Origin: Thermodesulfobacteriota bacterium
GTDB taxonomy: Bacteria; Desulfobacterota; GWC2-55-46; JADFVP01
Assembly: GCA_046753845.1 (NCBI GenBank)
Contig: JBHHUP010000005.1
Span: 1-51,473 of the forward strand
Direction of reading: 5' to 3'
DNA: 51,473 nucleotides
The position numbers and the translations under genes are program-made. Below are positions 27,455 through 36,822 of the stretch, one piece after another. The notes beneath the pieces are model-generated. The model had not been told where the DNA came from. It did no database searches and worked only from the letters and a program-made list of their open reading frames with translations. Within the stretch, counting starts at the first letter, position 1. Each line of letters begins with the position of its first letter.

Positions 27455-27835
27455 TCAGAGACTCTCGCTTCGCACCATGGACTCAATACCATCGGCTACT
27501 TCCGGTGCAATCGAGGTAAACCTTATACCCATACCGGGTTCCGCCCTGAAGCCGGGCTCAAGACCTCTTCTCCAGACCACCTCACAGCCGCACCGCGTCT
27601 CCTTGGAGAGACCCGGCAGCATAAAACTTATCTCCATCTGCTCACCAACTTCGCGCGGGTTTACCGAGGCTATAAACATACCGCCGCGGCCGATGGTCTT
27701 GGCATAACCGAAAAATACACCACAGGAGTCCTCTCCCTTTATCTTAAGGACAAGGAGCTGGCTCCTGAGGTTAACACGCCTGTTAGCCCTCAAAGCCACA
27801 TAATCTATCTCTTTATCCTTATCACCACCTGCCAT
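27455..27835 (-). CDS. Stand-alone PilZ-domain protein
   Basis: RANRR, GGMFI, EVVW, PGMGIRF. Confidence 0.85.
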   Translation of the reverse strand: MAGGDKDKEIDYVALRANRRVNLRSQLLVLKIKGEDSCGVFFGYAKTIGRGGMFIASVNPREVGEQMEISFMLPGLSKETRCGCEVVWRRGLEPGFRAEPGMGIRFTSIAPEVADGIESMVRSESL

Positions 27836-28367
27836 GATGTATAATCTCCTTAAGGGGTTTTCTGTTCTTTTCTTCTATTGCAAGAGGTTCTTTAGCGTAT
27901 CCCAGGGCAATGACAGCTACTACATCCATTGCGGCAGGGATATTAAGTATGGCCTTTACCCGCGCGGGGTCTATGGCCGCTATCCAGCATGTTCCAAGCC
28001 CCTCGGCCGTGGCAGCTGTTATCATCTCCGTTACGGCTATGGTAACGTCCACCCAGGCGTAATTCACGCCGTCTACTCTTCTTGTCCAGGCACTGCCCCT
28101 ATCAGCGCAGGCAACTACGGCTACGGGAGCATCCTTGAAACCCTCTTTTGTGAAGACCTCGTTAAGGGCCTCACGATACTTATTTTCTACAAGAATAAAA
28201 TGCCAGGGCTGACGGTTAGCCGCGCTCTGGGCCCTCTGCAGGACTGCCATGAGGCGGTCTATCTTTTCCGGCTCTATGGCTTTTACGGAGAATTCCCTGA
28301 GACTCTTTCTCCTTCTGAGAATACTATAAAACCGCTCCAACTCAACATCCATCAACTGTACCGCCAC
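27822..28367 (-). CDS. Nitroreductase family protein
   Basis: RRKSLREF, AQSAANRQPWHF, GLGTCWI, ALGY, RKPL.EII. Confidence 0.92.
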   Translation of the reverse strand: MAVQLMDVELERFYSILRRRKSLREFSVKAIEPEKIDRLMAVLQRAQSAANRQPWHFILVENKYREALNEVFTKEGFKDAPVAVVACADRGSAWTRRVDGVNYAWVDVTIAVTEMITAATAEGLGTCWIAAIDPARVKAILNIPAAMDVVAVIALGYAKEPLAIEEKNRKPLKEIIHHGRW

Positions 28368-28486
28368 TTACCCATAAAATACCGAAGTTTTCCACCAGAC
28401 TAAATAAAGAACAAGGCACATATCCCGACGCCTCAATAATGCCTCATAACTAATTAATATACAAGCATAATTATTATACCAGCCCC

Positions 28487-29389
28487 CTATATAATGGCGT
28501 CCACAAATTCTCTGGCATTAAACTCGCGTAGATCCTCAACACCCTCGCCTACACCGATGTAACGTATGGGAATCTTGAGCTCCTTGGCCAGAGGCACTAT
28601 AATGCCGCCCTTTGCCGTGCCGTCAAGTTTGGTAAGGACTATGCCCGTAACGCCGATGGCGTCATTAAAGAGACGCGCCTGATTAAGGGCGTTCTGACCC
28701 GTAGAGGCGTCCAGAACAAGGAGCTTCTCATGAGGTGCTCCGGCCAGCTCTCGGGCGGCGATACGATTAATTTTTTTCAACTCATCCATAAGGTTAGACT
28801 TTGTATGGAGCCTTCCTGCCGTGTCAAGTAGTATGATGTTGGCGTACCTGCCGATAGCGGCCTTAATGGTATCAAAAGTTACCGCCCCTGGGTCTGTACC
28901 GATTGACTGCCTTATAACATCGCAGCCCGTACGTTCTCCCCAGAGCTCCAGCTGTTCGCCTGCCGCGGCGCGAAAGGTATCTCCTGCGCCGAGTATAACG
29001 CTCTTTCCCGTACTTGAGAGATGAGCAGATAACTTGCCTATGGTAGTCGTCTTGCCAACGCCGTTTACCCCCATGACAAGGATCATAAAAGGGCTTCTCT
29101 CAATCTTTAAGGGGGCCTCTACATCTTTTAATATCTCATACAGATAATCACGCAGGTATGCCTGCAGACGACTCACATGCTGGCCGCCCATGCTCCGTAT
29201 ACGCTCTGCTATATCCAGAGACGTGCCCACCCCTATGTCCGAGGTAATTAGAGATTCTTCGAGGGTCTCTAAAAACTCTTCCCGGCTCATCGTCGGAGCT
29301 GCGCCCTCCACACCGCCCATAATAGCGTTGTGTGTCTTCGAGAGCCTTTGCCTCAGCCCGGATATCCCGGACCTCATCTTTTTGAACAT
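28487..29389 (-). CDS. ftsY: SRP receptor FtsY (NG domain only)
   Basis: [41 protein letters not shown]. Confidence 0.97.
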   Translation of the reverse strand: MFKKMRSGISGLRQRLSKTHNAIMGGVEGAAPTMSREEFLETLEESLITSDIGVGTSLDIAERIRSMGGQHVSRLQAYLRDYLYEILKDVEAPLKIERSPFMILVMGVNGVGKTTTIGKLSAHLSSTGKSVILGAGDTFRAAAGEQLELWGERTGCDVIRQSIGTDPGAVTFDTIKAAIGRYANIILLDTAGRLHTKSNLMDELKKINRIAARELAGAPHEKLLVLDASTGQNALNQARLFNDAIGVTGIVLTKLDGTAKGGIIVPLAKELKIPIRYIGVGEGVEDLREFNAREFVDAII

Positions 29390-29618
29390 GTATTCTATCC
29401 CGCAAGATTAATTCTCCCTTTTTACCACAAAAGACCCTAATGTAAAAGCCTTTTTCAACCTTCACGGTACTCCTCCTTAAGGGTCAATAACCATGACGTA
29501 AGTCACAGGCCCTGTAGTGCAGAGTTTTTTACATTAAATCATAAAGGGGTTACTGACGATAAAAGATAGACAAAAAAAGAGGACATAAGACCTTAAGTGC
29601 GGTTATCAGGCAGTCGCC

Positions 29619-30098
29619 TCAGCCTTTGTGGAGTGTGAGAATCTTTTTAATGATATTCGTAGTAGAGCGCCCCTTCAGGAGCCTTACCCTTCTCACCACG
29701 CCGCCGCCTGCCTTAACCACCCCGCCGCCAACTATCTCATGGGCGGCCCAGTCCGCCCCCTTTACGAGTATATCGGGTTTTAATGCGGAGATAAGGCGTA
29801 AGGGGGTCTCGTCGTTAAAAATCACCACATAATCCACGCACCGGAGGGCCGAGAGGACCTCGGCCCGCTCGGCCTCTGGTACAATGGGCCTGTCGCTGCC
29901 CTTAATGGCCCTTACAGAGGCATCGCTGTTAATTCCAACTACAAGTATATCCCCGAAGGCTCTGGCCTTTGTAAGGTATCTCACGTGTCCTGCGTGTATA
30001 ATATCAAAACATCCGTTGGTAAAGGCTACCTTGCGTCCCGCTTTACGCAGCGGCGCAAGCTCCGTGAGGAGCCTCTTAAGAGAGATTACATTTTTCAT
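29619..30098 (-). CDS. rfaE2: D-glycero-beta-D-manno-heptose 1-phosphate adenylyltransferase (RfaE domain II / HldC)
   Basis: FTNGCFDIIHAGH, GINSDASV..IKG..RP, VKGADW, STTNII. Confidence 0.93.
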   Translation of the reverse strand: MKNVISLKRLLTELAPLRKAGRKVAFTNGCFDIIHAGHVRYLTKARAFGDILVVGINSDASVRAIKGSDRPIVPEAERAEVLSALRCVDYVVIFNDETPLRLISALKPDILVKGADWAAHEIVGGGVVKAGGGVVRRVRLLKGRSTTNIIKKILTLHKG

Positions 30099-30151
30099 TA
30101 TCAGACCTCTGGCCTTATACTCAAAAGCAGCCCCTTAAGAGGGCACTTCCA

Positions 30152-30877
30152 TCAACTAACAGCTCTTGCCAATGTAATAACCGTTACCCGCGCCCCGGCC
30201 CTCTTTAAGACCAGCGCGCACTCCCCCACAGTCGCCCCGGTAGTAAATACATCATCTACGAGGACAACATCTTTGCCATTAAAGAGCCCGGTCTCCCTTA
30301 CCATAAAGGCCCCGGCTACATTCGCAGACCTCTCCGTGCCTCTTAGCCCAACCTGCGAGGGTGTCGCCCTTATGCGCTGCAAGTTTGATATATCCAGCTT
30401 TACCGAGAGGACCTTTGACATATGCCGCGCCAGGAGTACGGATTGGTTAAAACCTCTGAAGGTAATTTTTTTTCTGTGCAGCGGCACAGCTGCGATAATA
30501 TCCGGCGTAACTGCCAGCTCCGTCACGGCCGCGGCCATTATCCATCCAAGGTACGAGCCAAGCATGGTGCCCCATTTATATTTTAGGCAATGGACGGCCT
30601 CTCTTACCTCGCCTTTAAAATAATATAGACTACGGGCCCTGAAAAAGGCAGGTGTTTTTCGTATGCAGTTACCGCAGGTATGGTCTTCACTTGCCGCATC
30701 TTTGAAGGGTATGCCGCAGATAGTACAGAGCGGCCCCTTTATACGGTAAGCGCCAAAGGCCGAGGCGCATTTACCGCATAACTCCAGGTTATGCTTATTT
30801 ACCGCCTCGGTACAGAGAGGACAATGAGGCGGAAACAAAATATCCTTAAAGGCATCTGCCACTGCTCGTGAACTCAT
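30152..30877 (-). CDS. comF: ComF family protein (double Zn ribbon plus PRTase fold)
   Basis: Four CxxC pairs, VPLH......RGFNQS, R..NV.GAF, LVDDVFTTGAT. Confidence 0.93.
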   Translation of the reverse strand: MSSRAVADAFKDILFPPHCPLCTEAVNKHNLELCGKCASAFGAYRIKGPLCTICGIPFKDAASEDHTCGNCIRKTPAFFRARSLYYFKGEVREAVHCLKYKWGTMLGSYLGWIMAAAVTELAVTPDIIAAVPLHRKKITFRGFNQSVLLARHMSKVLSVKLDISNLQRIRATPSQVGLRGTERSANVAGAFMVRETGLFNGKDVVLVDDVFTTGATVGECALVLKRAGARVTVITLARAVS

Positions 30878-30992
30878 GGAAATAGTATATACCAGTTAGA
30901 AAATATTGAATACTTTTTTTATGGAGTACAAGAGAGTTGAGTCGAAAGCCAACGCAAAAAAAAAAGAGAGGGAAGATAAATGGAATTGACGA

Positions 30993-31021
30993 TTGACAGA
31001 TACAACATGAACGGTTATAAG
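30993..31021 (+). promoter_or_regulatory. Sigma70-type promoter for the histone-like gene
   Basis: TTGACA-17 nt-TATAAG; AGGAGG SD before ATG 31095. Confidence 0.55.
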
Positions 31022-31094
31022 TGAAATGTAAGTTAAATTGCAAATGCATCGTCGCAGTTAATATTAAGGTCTATAAAAAAGAGGAGGAAGATTA

Positions 31095-31694
31095 ATGAAG
31101 ACATGGGAAAAACTATCTCATAAAGTTTCCGATGAGTGGAAACTCCTGGAGAAGAAGCTTAAAGAGTCCGTAAAAAAAGGACAAAAAGACGCGCAGAGCC
31201 TGAAACAGAAGGCCATAAAGAGCGAGAAAGAATCACGGCTCCTTCAGAAAACACTGAAAAAGTGGGAGGGTACCGTAAAAAGATTAAAAAAGACGGCCTC
31301 TGATGTATCAACGAAGAGCAGAACCATTGAGAGCACGCTGAAGAAAAAGTTAGCGAGTACAGAGGCGCAGTACAAGACGCGTATCAGCCGTCTTGAGAAG
31401 AAAATAAAGACACTTGAAGAGAAGGCCGCCAAGAAGATTGGAGGCAAAAAAAGCTCAGGCGGCGTAAAAGCAGCGCCAACTAAAAAAACCGCGGCCAAAA
31501 AGAGCCCCGCCAGGAAAAAAACCGCGGCAAAAAAAACAGTAGCGAAAAAGAGCACGGCCAAGAAAAAAACCGCGGCAAAAAAAACAACGGCTAAAAAAAG
31601 CCCCGTGAAAGCAAAGACCGCTCTCAAAAAAACCGCGGCCAAAAAGAGTCCGGCAAAGAAAAAGACAGCGGCCAAACCAAAGGGCAGAAAATAG
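31095..31694 (+). CDS. Lys-rich protein: N-terminal coiled coil plus histone-H1-like KKTAAKK repeat tail
   Basis: Strong SD and promoter; C-terminal repeats KKTAAKKSPA / KKTAAKK. Confidence 0.85.
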   Translation: MKTWEKLSHKVSDEWKLLEKKLKESVKKGQKDAQSLKQKAIKSEKESRLLQKTLKKWEGTVKRLKKTASDVSTKSRTIESTLKKKLASTEAQYKTRISRLEKKIKTLEEKAAKKIGGKKSSGGVKAAPTKKTAAKKSPARKKTAAKKTVAKKSTAKKKTAAKKTTAKKSPVKAKTALKKTAAKKSPAKKKTAAKPKGRK

Positions 31695-31781
31695 AGTAGT
31701 CTCCCGCACCCCATTAAACCGCGGTAAGAGTCTAAGTATGGGTGGTAGAGGGTTGCATGGAATAAGCAGGCTTTAGATAAG

Positions 31782-31830
31782 AAAAAAAGAAGACGTCCGG
31801 CCGGGGATTTTATCCCTCGCCGGACGTCTC
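31782..31830 (-). terminator. Strong intrinsic terminator for the minus-strand (tat) transcript
   Basis: AGACGTCCGGC...GCCGGACGTCT stem with inner GGGAT/ATCCC pairing, followed by T7 on the minus strand. Confidence 0.75.
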
Positions 31831-32019
31831 AATTTGGAGTATTCTCAAAGTCAAGGAAGCACAAAGGTACTGAGCCGCCAACTCACATAATCAAGCCTTA
31901 CCGGCCTTGAGTTAAATGCTCTATTTCATGGAGAGCCTCGAAGACTCCTCCATTGCTCTTAACACAAACATATGGCGCTAAGAGCGAAAGCGCATTTCAT
32001 AGGCGTGCCTGCCGCATTA

Positions 32020-32790
32020 CTATTCATCAGTCTCATCTTCCGTTACAACGGACACCTTCTTCTTTTTTCCAAAAATCCTCGCAAGCGCGACACCGAGAAA
32101 ATAAAGTACAAGAAGGGGCCCGGCCATGAGCATCTGATTAAAGGCGTCAGGGGTAGGGGTAAGAACGGCCGAGGCGATGACAATTGCGATAACGGCATAC
32201 CTCCACCAGGAGAGAAAGCGGCCTGCCGTAACAACACCCGTGCGGGCAAGGACAAGCATGGCAAGGGGAAGCTGGTAGACAACACCAAATGCTATGAGAA
32301 GCCTTGTCACAAGGGAGAAGTAACTGTTCATGGAGATAAAAGGCTTTAACTGCGGCCCCGAATAGCTCATGAGGAACTTAAAGGCAAAGGGAAAGACAAC
32401 AAAAAAAGCGAATAAGAGACCGCTGATAAAGAGGGCGCAGGAGAAAAAAACCGTTGCCAGAAACCAGCGCCTCTCTGTGGCGTAGAGCCCGGGTGCCACA
32501 AAAGACCATATCTCAAAGAGGATAACAGGGCTTGCCAGAGCGGCGGCCCCAAGAAAACCTACCTTTATATAAACAAAAAATGGCTCAACAAGCCCGCTAA
32601 AGGCAATGAACTCCGAACCTTCGGGCATAACGGGCAGCAGGGGTGATATGAGGAAGGAATAGAGTCTCTCGGAAAAAAAATATGATATGGCAAAACCAAT
32701 AACAAGGGCCACGATGGAGACAAGAAGCCTTTTTCTAAGCTCGCGCAGATGCCCCGTCAGCCGCGCTGCCGCCGCCTTTTCATCTGTCAT
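32020..32790 (-). CDS. tatC: Twin-arginine translocase TatC
   Basis: HLRELRKRL, EPFFVY.K, W.FVAPGLY..E, YQLP, LTPTPD. Confidence 0.96.
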   Translation of the reverse strand: MTDEKAAAARLTGHLRELRKRLLVSIVALVIGFAISYFFSERLYSFLISPLLPVMPEGSEFIAFSGLVEPFFVYIKVGFLGAAALASPVILFEIWSFVAPGLYATERRWFLATVFFSCALFISGLLFAFFVVFPFAFKFLMSYSGPQLKPFISMNSYFSLVTRLLIAFGVVYQLPLAMLVLARTGVVTAGRFLSWWRYAVIAIVIASAVLTPTPDAFNQMLMAGPLLVLYFLGVALARIFGKKKKVSVVTEDETDE

Positions 32791-32792
32791 AA

Positions 32793-33083
32793 TCAGGTAG
32801 CCTTTCCTGAGTCGCCGTCTGATGCCTCAGCAGATGAGGTCTCTGCCGCGGGGTGTTCTGCGGAGCTTTTTTCTCCTCTTTTATCCTTTACGCTAAAGTC
32901 CTCCTTAGCGAGACCGGATATATCCATATCCGTTACCGTACGCTTCAAGTCGAGCCCTGTTCTCCTGAGATCATTATAAGCCTTGGCCGCGGTTCTCGCC
33001 ACCTCCGGGAGCTTATCAGGGCCCAGCACAAGAAGCGCCACTACAAGAACAAGAAGAAGTTCAGTAAAGCCTATTCCAAACAT
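32793..33083 (-). CDS. tatB: Twin-arginine translocase TatB (TatA/B family)
   Basis: MFGIGFTELLLVLVVALLVLGPDKLPE; directly upstream of tatC. Confidence 0.9.
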   Translation of the reverse strand: MFGIGFTELLLVLVVALLVLGPDKLPEVARTAAKAYNDLRRTGLDLKRTVTDMDISGLAKEDFSVKDKRGEKSSAEHPAAETSSAEASDGDSGKAT

Positions 33084-33111
33084 TCGTTAAACCTTAATCT
33101 CTTAGAAAAAA

Positions 33112-33576
33112 TTAATCCGCAGGCGGTATGGCGAGCACGGGCACATGGGCATTTCTCATTACATATTCCGTATTGGAGCCGTAGACAAGCCGTCCTACGC
33201 CGCCTTCGCCGGCTGTGCCCATGATTATTATATCCGCAGTCTTTTCCAGAGATACCCTTAGTATTTCGGTCTCAGGAGAGCCGGAACAGATAATGGGCTC
33301 AAGGTCTTCGCCGGGATAAGAGAGACGGGCGCAGAATCTTTTCAGCAGCTTTGCCTCCTCTGATTCTTCTTCTTTCTCAAGCACATCAAAAGAGATATGC
33401 GGCACGTACATGCCGCCGCCCTCAAGAGAAAGGTCAACAACATGAAGCACGTATAACTTGGCCCCGTAACACTTCCCGAGAGAAGTCGCGTAAGCAGATG
33501 CCCGCTCTGAAATCTTGGAAAAATCAGTTGGAAAAAGAATACGCTTGAAGGTTATCTCTTCACTATTTATGCCCAT
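33112..33576 (-). CDS. Universal stress protein (UspA family)
   Basis: ILFPTDFS, LHVV, ADIIIMGT.G, GS.TE.VMR.A.VPVL. Confidence 0.93.
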   Translation of the reverse strand: MGINSEEITFKRILFPTDFSKISERASAYATSLGKCYGAKLYVLHVVDLSLEGGGMYVPHISFDVLEKEEESEEAKLLKRFCARLSYPGEDLEPIICSGSPETEILRVSLEKTADIIIMGTAGEGGVGRLVYGSNTEYVMRNAHVPVLAIPPAD

Positions 33577-33774
33577 GAGCCCCCCTTATTAATAATGTAT
33601 ATGTCTTATCATATTATAATAACACGATATTTTGCAATAGGTTTTCTTTTTCTACTGATAAAAAAAGTATTGACCTTCACGAGTCTTAATGGTAAATAAT
33701 GTTACAAATAGATTTAAAGCGCAAGTTACTCTTCCTACTCTTTTTAACTCTCATACTCTAAGATACGCGCTGAC

Positions 33775-34908
33775 ATGGATAAAAAATCGTTTTTCCACAC
33801 CTTGAGCTCCACCTCGCTTCGCGCACTTGTTCCTTTTATTATCGCCGTAGTTGTTGTAATTTTCTTCGGGCTGAATAAAAGGGCCTTTCCCACAGACATC
33901 ATCTCTCAAAGTAAATCAAGCCTTGAAGACTCCGAAACCTCGGGGATAAAAGACCTTATCGCAACCACTCCCCTTACCCTTGAGAAACCGTCCACCCTTG
34001 CCTCCAACTACCCGGAGCCCAGACTCATTACTGAGAGAGAGACCCGTAACCATAAGATGATAACCCGCGCGCTGGCGATCCCGCCGAATATCACAAGAGG
34101 TAATATTCATGGGACAAGGATAGCCGTGACCTTTGACGGAGGCATAGGCGCGGGACAGGCGGATGAGATACTTGATATACTTAAGAGAAGGAACATCCAG
34201 ACTACCGTCTTTTTAAGCGGAGACTTCATAAGGCTCCATCCACGCATAACAAGGCGTATTGTAGCTGAAGGGCACGAGGTGGGCAACCACAGCACCACGC
34301 ACCCCCATCTTACAGAGCTTGAGATTAACGGCACACAGAAGACCCTGCCCCATGTTACAAGGGCTTTTCTTGTTAGTGAGCTCAATATTGCGGAGACGCG
34401 CTTCTTCGCAGTTACGGGCAAGCATATGTCGCCGCTCTGGAGGGCGCCATACGGAGAGGTAAACTCAGAGCTCCGTGCCTGGGCCTTCAGCGCCGGGTAC
34501 CTTCATATCGGATGGACCTATGACAGGAAAAAACGCGCAAGCCTTGATAGCCTTGACTGGGTCGATGATAAGTCCTCACGCCTCTATCACAGCCCTGAAG
34601 AAGTTAAAGAAAGAATACTTGGTTTTGGCGATAATGGAGGCCACCTCGGAGGCGGTATAATACTCATGCACCTTGGAACAGACCGCGGTGCTGACAGGGT
34701 CTCATCAATACTGGGTGAGATGCTTGATGACCTTATTAAAAAAGGACTCAGCGTAGTAAAAGTATCGGACCTTATAGGTAATAAGAGACTGCTTCGAGAG
34801 GCAGGGCTGAAAAAGACCAGGTACTACCAGGCCAAGAGAGAGGCCGATAGAGAGACCTCATCGCAACACTTCAAGATTCATGTAAGAAGCATGCCTTTAA
34901 AGGGCTGA
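33775..34908 (+). CDS. Membrane-anchored polysaccharide deacetylase (CE4/NodB)
   Basis: N-terminal TM; VTFDGG (motif 1 variant), GHEVGNHSTTHP, WRAPYGE, SLDW, IILMH. Confidence 0.88.
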   Translation: MDKKSFFHTLSSTSLRALVPFIIAVVVVIFFGLNKRAFPTDIISQSKSSLEDSETSGIKDLIATTPLTLEKPSTLASNYPEPRLITERETRNHKMITRALAIPPNITRGNIHGTRIAVTFDGGIGAGQADEILDILKRRNIQTTVFLSGDFIRLHPRITRRIVAEGHEVGNHSTTHPHLTELEINGTQKTLPHVTRAFLVSELNIAETRFFAVTGKHMSPLWRAPYGEVNSELRAWAFSAGYLHIGWTYDRKKRASLDSLDWVDDKSSRLYHSPEEVKERILGFGDNGGHLGGGIILMHLGTDRGADRVSSILGEMLDDLIKKGLSVVKVSDLIGNKRLLREAGLKKTRYYQAKREADRETSSQHFKIHVRSMPLKG

Positions 34909-35034
34909 TAAGCGCCTATGGCCTTAACGGCCTTGCGGCTTACAACCACAGGCCATATCCCTCATCCCTCTTGAATACCGCTTTATACCCACTGCCATCC
35001 ATGCACCACGGATTATTTTCTAACGATAAGACCT

Positions 35035-35718
35035 TCAGCCTCTTTCTCTTTGATAAGCGGCCCTGCCGCCTCTGCCGGTAAAAAACTTTATAAGCACAGC
35101 CCCTGCCACAAAGCCGCCGATATGGGCGTACCACGCTATGCCCGTGCCGCTTCCCGAGCTCAGCAGCTGAAAGAGAAACCAGATGCCGAGAAAGAATACC
35201 GCCCTTATCCTTACGATGCTCACAAAGACAAAGAGAAATATAAGCGTCTTTACGTTTGCTCGCGGGAATAGGACAAAGTACGCTCCTAGCACCCCTGCGA
35301 TGGCACCGGAGGCCCCTATCATGGGCAAAGTAGAGGTAGGTGAGACCAGCACATGAGCTCCGCTCGCGATAAGGCCCGTAAGCAGATAAAAAAGTATGAA
35401 TTTAAAGCGCCCGAGGCGGTCCTCAATATTATCTCCAAAAATCCATAGAAATAACATGTTTCCCGCAAGATGAAAAAAACCGCCATGCACAAAGATAGAT
35501 GTTACAAGGGTAAGAGGCGGCATCACTACGGCAGTCTGCCCAATGTCCTTAAAATGAGTTATCTCATAAGGGATAGCGGCGGTGGAGTAGATAAAATTTC
35601 CCATTCCTCTGTACCCGAGGCTAAGCTCATAGACAAAGACCGTCACGTTAATGAGAATGATGCTGACGGTTATATAGGGAAAGGATTCGCGCGGCGCGTC
35701 GTCTTTTAATGGAATCAT
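35035..35718 (-). CDS. Rhomboid intramembrane serine protease
   Basis: HGGFFHLAGNMLFLWIFG..IE, GASGAIAG, AHIGGF. Confidence 0.95.
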   Translation of the reverse strand: MIPLKDDAPRESFPYITVSIILINVTVFVYELSLGYRGMGNFIYSTAAIPYEITHFKDIGQTAVVMPPLTLVTSIFVHGGFFHLAGNMLFLWIFGDNIEDRLGRFKFILFYLLTGLIASGAHVLVSPTSTLPMIGASGAIAGVLGAYFVLFPRANVKTLIFLFVFVSIVRIRAVFFLGIWFLFQLLSSGSGTGIAWYAHIGGFVAGAVLIKFFTGRGGRAAYQRERG

Positions 35719-35762
35719 AGGCTGCTCTCTTTTATGCCTGACCTCCGGTGAGTGCTTGCCTA

Positions 35763-36653
35763 TCAGGGCTTATAATACATTAACTGGCGCGCCTGTGAAG
35801 AGATGAATTCAGTAAATCGCTCCACCTCTTTTAGCCTCAAGGGGATAAAAGTAGATGCTATCTCCACGTTCTCTTTTAACTGTTCAAGGGTATCGCACCC
35901 GATTACACCCGTTGATACAGGTTGAGTAAGGGCGTAACAGAAGAGCAGCCTCTTAGGGGCGTTAAGACCGCCTCTAAGATAGACCTTCATGGCGATTATA
36001 CCCATATCCTTTGCGCTCGCCGCAGGTACCACCTCTTCTATGAAGGGTTTATAGGCCGGCTCCGCGGGATTTACCGGCATAAGTACGGTATCAAAGTCGT
36101 ACTCACTGACGCACCTTGCCAGCACCGCGGGGTCGTGGTGGCCCGTTACTCCGATAAAGCGCACAAGACCCTTTGCCTTTGCCTCCGTAAAGGCCTCGTA
36201 AGCGCCTCCCGGGGCAAAAATGGCCGAGACATCCTGCTCTGTCCTCACATCATGGATCTGCCAGAGGTCAAGGTAATCAGTGCCCATGTTCTTTAATGTC
36301 TCATGCAGATGGGCCATGGCGCCCTTATACTCTCTTGCGTGAGATTTACTGGCCAGAAAGACCTCTTTACGCCTCTGCCCCAGGGCGACCCCGTAATAGG
36401 ACTCGCTGCCTTCATAGGCCCTTGCCGATTCCATATAGTTGACGCCCATATCAAGAGCGCCGTTAATAAGCTCTACGGCCTTTTTTTCCTCCCCCCAGGA
36501 CCTTAAGACCCCTTCGCCGCCAAGCCCCAGTATGCTAACGAACTCTCCTGTGGCGCCGAGCTTTCTACGTGGAATCTCATGACTTTTTCCGCAGCACTCT
36601 TCCTTTTCCATCTTCTTAATATCTCCCATGACGGCCCGTGCCGCTCCTATCAC
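35763..36653 (-). CDS. Aldo/keto reductase (start uncertain)
   Basis: R.LGATG..VS.LGLGG, GVNYMESARAY, LASK, TDYLDLWQIH, GLVRFIGVTGH, IAMK. Confidence 0.9.
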   Translation of the reverse strand: MIGAARAVMGDIKKMEKEECCGKSHEIPRRKLGATGEFVSILGLGGEGVLRSWGEEKKAVELINGALDMGVNYMESARAYEGSESYYGVALGQRRKEVFLASKSHAREYKGAMAHLHETLKNMGTDYLDLWQIHDVRTEQDVSAIFAPGGAYEAFTEAKAKGLVRFIGVTGHHDPAVLARCVSEYDFDTVLMPVNPAEPAYKPFIEEVVPAASAKDMGIIAMKVYLRGGLNAPKRLLFCYALTQPVSTGVIGCDTLEQLKENVEIASTFIPLRLKEVERFTEFISSQARQLMYYKP

Positions 36654-36822
36654 GCGCCCGTAGTTAACTGAGCAAATATACTGCCTTTCAATCCTTTTAT
36701 TAAAAATACTAACACAGAAAGGGAGTTTCTTTAAATTTTAAATAGAGAGAAGGGGGGGCGAGGGGCAGTAAAAATGGGGAAGATAGGCGAAGAAGCATGA
36801 GGTTAATATAGCGGCGCCGCGC

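Noticed and set aside
31244-31714. 156-aa Phe/Leu/Ala-rich apparent membrane protein
   Set aside because: It is the antisense of the Lys/Ala repeats in the histone-like gene.
31911-31963. Possible integron attC site (GTTAAAT ... TTAAC)
   Set aside because: The core sites are in the wrong order for attC, and there is no integrase or cassette context.
31860-31970. Possible 6S or SRP RNA
   Set aside because: CTGAGCCG resembles part of 6S, but there is no complementary 3' arm for the long rod, and the SRP GGAAGGAAGCAGC-type motif is absent.
34125-34145. TFDGG motif as a sign of an inactive deacetylase
   Set aside because: The first catalytic Asp and the H-x3-H motif are retained, and active CE4 enzymes lacking the second Asp are known (e.g. 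PdaA-type).
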